Part shown: in pieces, positions 9,577-18,129 of the stretch | How the letters are laid out: each line of letters opens with the position of its first letter | Position numbering within the stretch: the stretch's first letter is position 1 | NCBI GenBank assembly: GCA_026396515.1 | Contig: JAPLWQ010000002.1 | Span: 193,230-257,229, forward strand | Source of the DNA: Candidatus Magasanikiibacteriota bacterium | Lineage (GTDB): Bacteria; Patescibacteriota; Patescibacteriia; Magasanikbacterales; GWA2-37-8 | Length of the DNA stretch: 64,000 nucleotides | Direction of reading: 5' to 3' | The notes under the pieces: model-generated | Told to the model about the DNA's origin: nothing | Seen by the model: only the letters and a program-made list of their open reading frames with translations | Database searches by the model: none | Program-made: the position numbers and the translations under genes

Positions 9577-9648
9577 AGCAGGTGAGCGGAATCGAACCGC
9601 CATCTTATCCTTGGCAAGGACATATACTAACCATTGTACTACACCTGC
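9577..9648 (-). tRNA. tRNA-Gly(GCC)
   Basis: GCAGGTG/CACCTGC acceptor, TGTCC-TTGCCAA-GGATA, GTTCGATTC. Confidence 0.95.
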
Positions 9649-9754
9649 AAAAAATAAATATCAATTTGTGCTTAACATTATAGTGTCCAAAGCCTTTTTT
9701 GTCAAGCGCGATGATACCCATAATCTACATAATTTGATATAATAGTAGCATCTT

Positions 9755-12382
9755 ATGAATTTCTATAAGCGTTTCCATAAACGCGAAAAAAAGCCATCTG
9801 ACCCGGCTTGCTATAGTGCAGCCGACCGGCCTTTTTTTACGTTTGCCAAAAAATCATCGCATGAAGTAATGAAAATATTAAAAAGTTCCGCTTCATCCGG
9901 CCTTTCCATTGCACAATCGCATACTCGACTGTTGAAATATGGCCGTAATGAAATTGTCCGGGAAAAACGCCGCTCATGGGTTGTTCTATTGCTAAAGAAC
10001 TTCAAAGACCCCTTAAGCGCTCTCTTAGTCGCTCTCGCCCTGATTTCCTATCTGACGCACGATATGAAGGCAACTATCATGATAGGTATCATGGTAGTAT
10101 TAAGCGTTTTTTTACGCTTCTACCAAGAAATTAAAGCCGACTTTGCGGCGCAAAAATTAAAAGCAATGGTGCGTACTGTGGCGCATGTTGTCCGAAAAAA
10201 TAAAATCAAAAAAATTCCATTTGAACGCTTAGTCCCCGGAGACATTATCCACTTATCGGCCGGAGATATGATCCCGGCCGATGTCCGGCTACTAGAGACA
10301 AACGGCTTGTATATTAATGAAGCTACTCTCACCGGCGAAGCTCTTCCGGCTGAAAAACACTCCCAACCGATTGCCACAGAGGCAAAAACTCCGCTCGAGC
10401 TTAACAATATCTGTTTTTTGGGCACCAATGTCGCCAGTGGTTCGGCAAAGGCCATCGTAATACTTACCGGTAGCCGGACATATTTGGGCTGCCTGGCAGA
10501 AAGTTTGGTGAAGCCGGAACCACCGACCACTTTTGATCTTGGTGTTAAAAAATTTACATGGCTGATAATGGGCTTAATTTTGGTGATGTCACCGGCGGTC
10601 TTTTTGATCAACGGATTTGCCCATCATCAATGGCTTGAAGCATTTTTATTTGCTATGGCTGTGGCAGTGGGGCTCGCTCCGGAAATGCTACCCATGATTG
10701 TCGCGGTTAACCTGTCCAAGGGCGCTTTGGTTATGTCAAAGAAAAAAGTAATTGTAAAACACCTTGATTCAATACAAAATTTTGGCGCCATGGATATTCT
10801 GTGTATGGACAAAACCGGCACTCTCACCGAGGGCAAAGTGGTGCTGGAAAAATATCTCAACATAAAAGGCGAGGAAGAACCGGCAGTGCTTGAATACGCA
10901 TTTTTAAACAGTTTTTTTCAGACTGGGCTAGAGAATCTTTTAGACGCCGCCGTACTTAAGCATAAAGATGTCGGCGTTAAACTAAAAATAAAAAGCGACT
11001 GGAAAAAAATTGATGAAATTCCATTTGATTTTATCAGGCGCCGCATGTCAGTGGTGATGGAAAACAAAGAAGGCGACCATTTATTAATATGTAAAGGAGC
11101 GGTGGAAGAAATTATTTCCCTTTCCTCACATGTCGATATCAACCATCATACGGAAGCATTCCACGCAGATACATATGAAAAACATTTAGGCATTGAGGAC
11201 AAAATGAACGACGGTGGGTTTCGCGTTGTCGGAGTAGCTTACAAAAAAATCCCCAATACTAAAACGAGATACTCTATAGCTGATGAGACAGGCATGACTC
11301 TTGTCGGATTTCTCGCTTTTCTCGACCCGCCCAAAGAAACGGCCAAGGTCTCTCTCAACGAACTGCGCGACAGCGGAATAACGGTGAAACTATTAACCGG
11401 CGATAATGAATTGGTGACCAGAAAAATTTGTCTTGACGTCGGCCTTGAGGCGACAGATATAGTGTTGGGTTCGGAAATTGAGGAAATGTCTGAAGAAGAA
11501 ATTAAAAAAATTGCCATAAAAATTAATATCTTCGCAAAGCTCACGCCAATGCAAAAAGAACAAATCGTTTCCGCTTTGCGCAGTGCCAACCACACTGTCG
11601 GATTTATGGGCGACGGTATAAACGACGCTCCGGCCTTACGTGGAGCGGATGTCGGCATATCAGTGGATACAGCCGTGGATATTGCCAAGGAATCCTCGGA
11701 CATTATTTTGTTGGAAAAGGATCTTTCAGTATTATACGAAGGCGTCCGTGAAGGCAGGCGCATCTTTGGGAACATCACCAAATATATCCAGATGTCGGCC
11801 AGCTCAAATTTTGGCAATATGTTCAGCGTGGTTGGCGGTAGTATTTTTCTTCCTTTTTTGCCGATGTTGCCAATCCAAATATTGGTGAATAATTTATTAT
11901 ACGACCTTTCCCAAACCACCATACCCACGGACAAGGTTGATGAGGAATATTTAAAAAAACCGCGGCAATGGCGTATCGACCATATTCGCCGGTTTATTAT
12001 GTTCATCGGTCCGGTTAGCTCCCTTTTCGATTACGCCACATTTTTTGTAATGCTTTTTGTCTTTAACACATGGCTTCATCCGTCCCTTTTCCAAACCGGC
12101 TGGTTTGTGGAATCGCTATTAAGCCAAACTCTAATTATTCACGTCATCAGAACAAATAAGATTCCCTTTATTCAGAGCCGCGCCTCCTGGCCGTTAATAG
12201 TAAGTACTGTGGGGATTTCGGCAATCGGTGTCGCATTGCCCTACTCTCCATTCGCCTCTTCATTAGGTTTTTCGCCCCTGCCTTTGTGGTATTGGCCAAT
12301 ACTAATCGCCATGTTATTTATTTATTTTTTTCTTACTCAAATGGTCAAGCGCTGGTTTGCAAAAAAGTATAGGATTGAATAG
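9755..12382 (+). CDS. mgtA: Magnesium-translocating P-type ATPase
   Basis: LTGEA, PEMLP, DKTGTLT, PFDFIRRRMS, TGDN, GDGINDAP, SSNFGN, FQTGWFVES. Confidence 0.93.
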   Translation: MNFYKRFHKREKKPSDPACYSAADRPFFTFAKKSSHEVMKILKSSASSGLSIAQSHTRLLKYGRNEIVREKRRSWVVLLLKNFKDPLSALLVALALISYLTHDMKATIMIGIMVVLSVFLRFYQEIKADFAAQKLKAMVRTVAHVVRKNKIKKIPFERLVPGDIIHLSAGDMIPADVRLLETNGLYINEATLTGEALPAEKHSQPIATEAKTPLELNNICFLGTNVASGSAKAIVILTGSRTYLGCLAESLVKPEPPTTFDLGVKKFTWLIMGLILVMSPAVFLINGFAHHQWLEAFLFAMAVAVGLAPEMLPMIVAVNLSKGALVMSKKKVIVKHLDSIQNFGAMDILCMDKTGTLTEGKVVLEKYLNIKGEEEPAVLEYAFLNSFFQTGLENLLDAAVLKHKDVGVKLKIKSDWKKIDEIPFDFIRRRMSVVMENKEGDHLLICKGAVEEIISLSSHVDINHHTEAFHADTYEKHLGIEDKMNDGGFRVVGVAYKKIPNTKTRYSIADETGMTLVGFLAFLDPPKETAKVSLNELRDSGITVKLLTGDNELVTRKICLDVGLEATDIVLGSEIEEMSEEEIKKIAIKINIFAKLTPMQKEQIVSALRSANHTVGFMGDGINDAPALRGADVGISVDTAVDIAKESSDIILLEKDLSVLYEGVREGRRIFGNITKYIQMSASSNFGNMFSVVGGSIFLPFLPMLPIQILVNNLLYDLSQTTIPTDKVDEEYLKKPRQWRIDHIRRFIMFIGPVSSLFDYATFFVMLFVFNTWLHPSLFQTGWFVESLLSQTLIIHVIRTNKIPFIQSRASWPLIVSTVGISAIGVALPYSPFASSLGFSPLPLWYWPILIAMLFIYFFLTQMVKRWFAKKYRIE

Positions 12383-12390
12383 GCGTATTT

Positions 12391-12476
12391 GTTCGTTCTG
12401 CCTCTTCACCTAAGAAAACAAAAACCGCCAAAGGCGGATTTTGTTTTTGAGCTCCTTGGTAATAGACATTAGAACT
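12391..12476. repeat. Module D copy 1 (GTTCG, hairpin, GAGCTC..TTAGAACT)
   Basis: 12449-12476 matches 13296-13323 at 22/28; same spacing to an upstream GTTCG. Confidence 0.6.
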
Positions 12477-12502
12477 ATTTTGAGAGATAATTGCTGACCT
12501 TA

Positions 12503-12538
12503 TACCCTGTAGGACATTCACAATGTTCACAAGTTCAC
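12503..12538. repeat. 36-bp module A copy 1
   Basis: TACCCTGTAGGACATTCACAATGTTCACAAGTTCAC; 34/36 identical to 14577-14612. Confidence 0.85.
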
Positions 12539-12541
12539 GCC

Positions 12542-12600
12542 GTAGATTACTGTACCCAGACTTCAAACCACCCGGTAGGGGATATTAGGAGGTGGTTTGA
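12542..12600. repeat. Modules B and C
   Basis: 12542-12571 matches 62484-62513 at 26/30; 12559-12600 matches 13342-13383 at 29/42. Confidence 0.7.
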
Positions 12601-12648
12601 TACTATTAAGGTAATTATGTGGCCAGCGATGGTGTAGAATTTTATATT

Positions 12649-13182
12649 CTATTTTTGGTTAAAGTTGTTTCTCATATACTGTGGCATTTCTATCGATATA
12701 TCTTCGACCATCCTTTTGGTCTTTTCTGCTACGGTATAAAACTGTTCCACTTTCAAAAAATGTTCCTTTAACTCCATTGTACATTCTTCAATAGTATTAT
12801 TAACGTAAGGTCGAAAAACTTCTGCGCTATCATTTAATTTCTGCACATCTTTACAGTCCCTGTCACTTTCAAAAAGCATTGCTGGAATTTTAGATTTTGT
12901 GAGCGATGCGGCGGTAGTTCGATGGTTACCGTCCAGTGCAAAATATTTTACTTGTGGGTGACTTTTTTCAAAATCCTTAAATTTTTTCTTAACTTTTTCG
13001 TCGAAAACAGCAGTCACCAACTCTTTAGGTAACACAATCACTCTGGCGATAATGTTAGCACAGCCTTTTTGAAAAATTCTAAAATACAATTTTAAAATTA
13101 CACCATCACCTTCCAATAAGTCGTGAATTGGATAGTCAATCATTGTCACAATTTCATTATCTGCTATTTCTAATAGTTTCAT
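12649..13182 (-). CDS. Hypothetical protein with ParB/Srx-like motif
   Basis: FALDGNHRTTA resembles the ParB-N GxxR motif; AT-rich cargo gene. Confidence 0.6.
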   Translation of the reverse strand: MKLLEIADNEIVTMIDYPIHDLLEGDGVILKLYFRIFQKGCANIIARVIVLPKELVTAVFDEKVKKKFKDFEKSHPQVKYFALDGNHRTTAASLTKSKIPAMLFESDRDCKDVQKLNDSAEVFRPYVNNTIEECTMELKEHFLKVEQFYTVAEKTKRMVEDISIEMPQYMRNNFNQK

Positions 13183-13236
13183 AAGAAATGTTTAATACCA
13201 TCATTCTAGCAAATTGTGGTTAAAAAAACTAGATGG

Positions 13237-13383
13237 GTTCGATTTCTCCTTGGGTCTTAACAAAAAACCCCGCTGTTTAAGCGAAGTTTTTCGGTGAGCT
13301 CGGTGGTAAATGATGTTAGAACTTGTTTGTGTCTGAATTGAAAGTTTAAACCCCTTGGGCAGGGATATTCGGCAGTAGTTTGA
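13237..13383. repeat. Module D copy 2 plus module C copy 2
   Basis: GTTCGATTTCTCC, hairpin, GAGCTCGGTGGTAAATGATGTTAGAACT, then TTTAAACCCC..GGGATATTCGGCAGTAGTTTGA. Confidence 0.6.
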
Positions 13384-13397
13384 AGGCTTAAGCGGAT

Positions 13398-14480
13398 TTA
13401 AGGTCCTACCTTAGTTAAATATTCATGAAATTGACCGCTGGCTCCACCCAAACAAAATTCTAATTCATATGAATTTCCGCCCTTTAAAGGCCTATACGCA
13501 TATTGAAAATTGGTCGGGCAATTTCCGTCATTCGGTAAGGGAGTGCTGGGAATTTGTTGTAGATATACTACACCATCATTCGATAACTGTTTACCTATTT
13601 CTATTTTTTCCGGATACTTTCCATTATCTGTATAATACAGCTCAAGAGCAGTTTGTATCACTTTTATATCGCTAACTCTTTTGTGATCCCGGATTGCAGA
13701 TTCATCAATTACTACAGGTACTACGGGCTCTTTAGTTTGTATCGATTCAACCACAATGTCGGAATAAAATCTAAAAGTATTGTTTTTTTCTGCTCCCACT
13801 TTCCACGTTACATCATCGTATACAGGCTTACCATTTGATACTGGAATATTACACAATTTATTTATCTGAGTAGCGTAATCGGCATCAACCACAGGGATGC
13901 TCATACCTTTATCAATTGAAATCTCTACTAGAGTTTTATAATTTTTTTCTACATTAAAACCTGCGCCCTTAATATATTCATTAGCCTTTTTATGCAGTCT
14001 GTTACACTCATTAAAATCTATTTCTTTTATTCCATCGCAGCAACCATTATATTCAATATCGCAATGATCAGGATATTTTGCAGGCATGATATTGTCCGGT
14101 ATCTCATATTCATTCCCGGAGAAAATTATCTCCTTACTACCCATAAAATTTTTAATCTGGTTAATTTGCGATTGGCCAAGCTGAGTTATAAAATAAAATG
14201 TATTCCGCTCAGGATATGAAGGCATTTCTCTGAAAATTTTTCCATTCTGGCAAAAAATAAAGCGTTCTTCAGCTAATAACAACAACGGTTCTTTATCAGA
14301 GATTACGTATTTTTGTGGTGCGACGCAGTCAATTTCTTTGTTGTTCTCATCCACACAGACATTTAAATTATTGTATTCGGAGCTATTTAAGTCACTACGC
14401 CATTGAAAAAACTTAAATGTCCCAACAGAGGCAGCGATGAAAATAATTATCAAGATTACCGGCAATAATATTTTTTTCAT
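13398..14480 (-). CDS. Membrane-anchored protein with C-terminal pilin/GspG-like domain
   Basis: N-terminal TM; C-terminal RDHKRVSDIKVIQTALELYYTDNGKYP...YELEFCL typical of CPR pilin bodies. Confidence 0.7.
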   Translation of the reverse strand: MKKILLPVILIIIFIAASVGTFKFFQWRSDLNSSEYNNLNVCVDENNKEIDCVAPQKYVISDKEPLLLLAEERFIFCQNGKIFREMPSYPERNTFYFITQLGQSQINQIKNFMGSKEIIFSGNEYEIPDNIMPAKYPDHCDIEYNGCCDGIKEIDFNECNRLHKKANEYIKGAGFNVEKNYKTLVEISIDKGMSIPVVDADYATQINKLCNIPVSNGKPVYDDVTWKVGAEKNNTFRFYSDIVVESIQTKEPVVPVVIDESAIRDHKRVSDIKVIQTALELYYTDNGKYPEKIEIGKQLSNDGVVYLQQIPSTPLPNDGNCPTNFQYAYRPLKGGNSYELEFCLGGASGQFHEYLTKVGP

Positions 14481-14576
14481 ACGTAATGTTCAAAAATAAA
14501 GTAGTATGTACTTCCGTATAAGACAATTCTATCATTGCTTGGATATAAAAACAACGACATTAAGGCCGCTGTCTTA

Positions 14577-14612
14577 TACCCTGTAGAACGTTCACAATGT
14601 TCACAAGTTCAC
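14577..14612. repeat. 36-bp module A copy 2
   Basis: TACCCTGTAGAACGTTCACAATGTTCACAAGTTCAC, abutting the duplicated tRNA-Gly 3' end. Confidence 0.85.
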
Positions 14613-14614
14613 CC

Positions 14615-14749
14615 GAGCGGGCAACGGGAAATCTCACGCGGCGCTACGCGCCTTTCACGAAAGGGCTTCCGCCCTCTCGTGAACTCTCCCCCACAATAGC
14701 GGGAAAACCGCCAAGCAGTTTTCCCAAACCCTTTCGGTTCGATTCCCGT
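14615..14749 (-). repeat. tRNA-associated multi-hairpin element, copy 3
   Basis: Exact 16-bp direct copy 14615-14630 = 14794-14809; 14-bp inverted copy 14736-14749; three-hairpin core ending GCGTGAGATT. Confidence 0.8.
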
Positions 14750-14794
14750 CCGATATAATAAAATAATCCCACGGATTCGGGATTATTTTATTAG

Positions 14795-14866
14795 AGCGGG
14801 CAACGGGAATCGAACCCGTATCACCAGTTTGGAAAACTGGAATAATAGCCGTTATATTATGCCCGC
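14795..14866 (-). tRNA. tRNA-Gly(TCC)
   Basis: GCGGGCA/TGCCCGC acceptor, CCAGT-TTTCCAA-ACTGG, GGTTCGATTCC. Confidence 0.95.
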
Positions 14867-14940
14867 AACGAGTGGAAACCGAGAATAAATTCTCGGTTTT
14901 CCGAGCAAGGGCATTATATACCTAAGTATATTATGCCCGC
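14867..14940 (-). repeat. Duplicated and inverted tRNA-Gly 5' end plus hairpin
   Basis: 14927-14940 = 14853-14866 exactly; inverted copy 14909-14920; hairpin 14874-14902. Confidence 0.75.
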
Positions 14941-15035
14941 GAAATTGACATATGAATTGTGGTGATATCTTACAAAAATACTTCCGATTAGTCAATATTC
15001 AACAATAGTAAATAATTTGATATAATGATACTAAT

Positions 15036-15329
15036 ATGATTGAAATCATCTTAACCCCAATTCACTGGGCTGTGATTATTTACCTCACCACCATCAACCT
15101 GGTCACTTTCTTTGTTTATGGCCTTGATAAGGCAAAATCCGGAGTTTCAGGCGCAAGACGTATCAGCGAAAAGACACTGCTCATCATCGCCCTCATCGGT
15201 GGCTCTTTAGGCGCACTCGCCGGAATGAAAGTCTTTCGTCACAAGACAAAAAAGCTTGGTTTCCAGGCACCACTGGCCGTAATATTGTGCCTCCAAATAT
15301 TTCTTGTCTGGTTTTTATTTTTCCGCTAA
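15036..15329 (+). CDS. DUF1294 family membrane protein
   Basis: YGLDKAK, RRISEKTL, GGSLGA, FRHKTKK. Confidence 0.9.
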   Translation: MIEIILTPIHWAVIIYLTTINLVTFFVYGLDKAKSGVSGARRISEKTLLIIALIGGSLGALAGMKVFRHKTKKLGFQAPLAVILCLQIFLVWFLFFR

Positions 15330-15413
15330 ATTATTATTGACAACTTCTTATTTCCATGTTAATATGCTGGAAAAATTTATTTAATATATATTTTTTAAGT
15401 TTTTATACAAACT

Positions 15414-15650
15414 ATGGCAACCAATAATATTGACGAGTTGAACAATGAAAATGATGGCTTAGCCGAAGACAAAAATGAAGAAATGGTGGGATTCCACGAG
15501 ACAGTCGGCGAGGAAAGCGAAGACGAGGACGAAGAAGAAAGTGGCGACGAAATTGATGACTTAGATGAAGATAAGGACGGGGTAGAGGTGAAGAAAACGA
15601 AAGTGGAAGAAGATGACGACGATGACGATAATGCCAAAAATGATTGGTAA
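15414..15650 (+). CDS. Highly acidic small protein
   Basis: D/E-rich 78 aa ORF followed by a terminator at about 15655-15687. Confidence 0.65.
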   Translation: MATNNIDELNNENDGLAEDKNEEMVGFHETVGEESEDEDEEESGDEIDDLDEDKDGVEVKKTKVEEDDDDDDNAKNDW

Positions 15651-15701
15651 ATTCAAACCGCCCCGATAAAAATCGGGGCGGTTTTTTATTTATAAGATTA
15701 T

Positions 15702-16262
15702 TTACGCCCTGGCCGAATATTCACCGGTTTCAGTATTTACCAAAATCTCTTCGCCTTCTTTGATAAAAATCGGAGCAGCAATATGCAAGCCGTTTTCCAA
15801 CACCACTTCTTTGGTCACATTGCCCGAAGCGCTGTCGCCCTTCACCGCCGGCGGGGCTTCCATCACCTTGTACTGAACTTTCTTCGGGAGTTGTATGCTG
15901 ACCGGCCGGCCTTCATACATGCCAACAATCACTTCCAAACCCTCTTTCAAATATTTGGCATCGTCGCCAGCTAGGTCGCCATTCATTTCAATCTGCTCAT
16001 AGCTTTGCATATTCATGAAAGCATAATTGTCGCCGGTTTTATAAAGATACTGCATGGTCATGAAATCAACTGAAACAATATCCACCGATTCTACGGTCTT
16101 GTAAGTAATCTCCATGGCTTTGCCGGTGCCAAGCGATTTCATGCGTGTGCGCACAAAAGCCGCGCCCTTACCCGGGTTAACATGTTGAAATTCAACTACA
16201 ACAAATAAGTCGTTTTGATGGCGGATGACCACGCCTTTGCGGATTTCGGATGTGGAAGCCAT
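15702..16262 (-). CDS. efp: Elongation factor P
   Basis: HVNPGKGAAFVR, PPAVKGD, VNTETGEY. Confidence 0.97.
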   Translation of the reverse strand: MASTSEIRKGVVIRHQNDLFVVVEFQHVNPGKGAAFVRTRMKSLGTGKAMEITYKTVESVDIVSVDFMTMQYLYKTGDNYAFMNMQSYEQIEMNGDLAGDDAKYLKEGLEVIVGMYEGRPVSIQLPKKVQYKVMEAPPAVKGDSASGNVTKEVVLENGLHIAAPIFIKEGEEILVNTETGEYSARA

Positions 16263-16369
16263 ATATAATTATTATTTTGGGAACAGCGGGATTTTAGCGA
16301 AAATTATCAGGTTTGTCAACTCTTGCGAACCAGATTCCTGTTAAGGAATATCAAAGATCCTTCGCTTCA

Positions 16370-17404
16370 TCAGGATGACAGCTGGTCGCCCACGGCCTGA
16401 AAAATCACCTCATTAATATCTTTCGCCCCGGTAAAAAGCATTATCATGCGATCAACGCCCAGAGCAATACCGCCTGCATTCGGAATACCGGATTCTAGGG
16501 CTGAGATAAAATCAGAATCAACCGGCCAAGTTTCTTTGCCCATTTGCGCACGTTTTTCTCTATCCGCTTCCAGTCGTTTTTTCTGTTCGACCGCATCAGT
16601 CAATTCGCCAAAGGCATTAGCCATCTCCAACCCGGCAATGTAAAGTTCAAACCGCTCGGCATAGCGCGGGTCATTTTTTGACAAGCGCGAAAGCGATGTC
16701 ATCTGCTCCGGATAGTCATAAATCATTATCGGTTTTTGCATCCCGAGTTTAGGTTCTATCTCATTTAAAAATATTTTGTAAAATAAATCTTCAAACGCCT
16801 CTTTTTCTTCTACAGCGTACCCGCGCGCCTTCACCAACTCAGCCATTTTTTCACTGGTCAGATAATCATTCAATTCAACATCCGAATATTTTTTCCATAC
16901 CTCGCGCATACTCAATCTCTCCCACTCACCAAAAATCGGCACAACATGATCTTTTGACTTTAGACTTTCAACTTTCAACCCGGTGGCCACATATTTAAAT
17001 AATCTCTCTGTGTCATCCATAATTTCCTCAAGTGTACCTGACGCACGGTACCATTCAATCATGGTAAACTCCGTATTATGATTTCCGCCAAACTGTTCGA
17101 AATCTCGAAAACATTTACAAATCTGAAATATTTTTTCATAACCGACGGCCAATAATTTTTTCATGGCAAACTCCGGCGATGTCTGCAGATAGAATTTGTT
17201 CACAATACCATTCGGATCATGAAACAAGACCGGGATCGGATTCAAATAAGGCTCCTGACCGGGCAGGCGCACGGCCACCGGTGTTTCCGCTTCCTGAAAA
17301 TTTTCAGACCAAAAAAACTCGCGTATCAGACGAGTTATCTCTAAACGCTTTTTAAATATTTCGTTTAGGCGCGGATTATTTTTTAAGTCAGACCATTTGG
17401 ACAT
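16370..17404 (-). CDS. epmA: EF-P lysine aminoacylase EpmA (GenX/PoxA)
   Basis: LysRS catalytic domain only: YLQTSPEFAMKKLL, HNTEFTMIEWY, ERFELY, GIALGVDR; adjacent to efp. Confidence 0.92.
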   Translation of the reverse strand: MSKWSDLKNNPRLNEIFKKRLEITRLIREFFWSENFQEAETPVAVRLPGQEPYLNPIPVLFHDPNGIVNKFYLQTSPEFAMKKLLAVGYEKIFQICKCFRDFEQFGGNHNTEFTMIEWYRASGTLEEIMDDTERLFKYVATGLKVESLKSKDHVVPIFGEWERLSMREVWKKYSDVELNDYLTSEKMAELVKARGYAVEEKEAFEDLFYKIFLNEIEPKLGMQKPIMIYDYPEQMTSLSRLSKNDPRYAERFELYIAGLEMANAFGELTDAVEQKKRLEADREKRAQMGKETWPVDSDFISALESGIPNAGGIALGVDRMIMLFTGAKDINEVIFQAVGDQLSS

Positions 17405-17439
17405 ATTATCAAATTACCCCGCTGGCGCGGGGTAATTTT

Positions 17440-17664
17440 TTACTTTGGTATGAAAGACATGAGCGAGGCTTGTCGCGCGCGCTTAATCGCGCTCGCTACC
17501 TGGCGCTGATGTTTGGCGCAAAGTCCGCTGCGTCGGCGCGGAGCAATCTTCATATACGAAGAAACAAACCGGCGAAGATTAATAATATCTTTATAATCCA
17601 CCGCTGTCTTATTATTCACGCAGTAGTGGCAGGCCTTGCTAACCTGTACTTTCGTGGAATTCAT
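17440..17664 (-). CDS. rpsR: 30S ribosomal protein S18
   Basis: CHYC, VDYKD, GLCAKHQR, AIKRAR; start at ATG 17664. Confidence 0.95.
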   Translation of the reverse strand: MNSTKVQVSKACHYCVNNKTAVDYKDIINLRRFVSSYMKIAPRRRSGLCAKHQRQVASAIKRARQASLMSFIPK

Positions 17665-17686
17665 AATTTGCACAACTATATATTGA

Positions 17687-18121
17687 TTAAAATGGAATAT
17701 CCTCAACTTTTATCTCTTCTTCAGCCACTTCTCCCGGCGCTTCTTCTGCTGTCGTCGGCGCACTTCCCGCGCCAGACCATTCACCGCCGCCCTGTTTGGC
17801 TGAAAGCATAATCATATTTTCTCCGATTATTTCAGTTCGGTATCTTTTCACACCGTCCTGTCCGGTCCATTCGCGGGTCTGCATTCGGCCCTCCACGTAC
17901 ACCTTTTGGCCCTTTTTCAAATACTGGCCGGCGATCTCGGCGAGTTTCGCCCAAAATACCACATTATGAAACTCGGCTTGTTTTTGTTTTTGGCCATTGG
18001 CGTCTGTCCAGACACGATTGGTGGCTACACTAAAAGATGCCACTGACTTACCATTCGGCGTTGTGCGCACTTCCGGATCGCGGGTCATATTGCCGATGAT
18101 CATCACTTTATTCAAGTCCAT
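17687..18121 (-). CDS. ssb: Single-stranded DNA-binding protein
   Basis: LNKVMIIGN, VYVEGR, C-terminal DIPF. Confidence 0.97.
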   Translation of the reverse strand: MDLNKVMIIGNMTRDPEVRTTPNGKSVASFSVATNRVWTDANGQKQKQAEFHNVVFWAKLAEIAGQYLKKGQKVYVEGRMQTREWTGQDGVKRYRTEIIGENMIMLSAKQGGGEWSGAGSAPTTAEEAPGEVAEEEIKVEDIPF

Positions 18122-18129
18122 ATATTTTA

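Noticed and set aside
11239-12006. Long antisense ORFs (also 21521-22153, 24859-25404, 34706-35230 and others)
   Set aside because: Shadows of well-supported genes on the opposite strand, with no motifs.
12600-12628. dif-like Xer site
   Set aside because: The XerD-arm match is poor and the location is origin-proximal.
14569-14586. Tn5/Nextera mosaic end or I-SceI site (CTGTCTTATACCCTGTAG)
   Set aside because: Only partial matches, and the sequence is part of the natural module A repeat.
12503-14612. 36-bp repeats as a CRISPR array
   Set aside because: Only three copies, about 2 kb and 48 kb apart, with no spacer periodicity and no cas genes.
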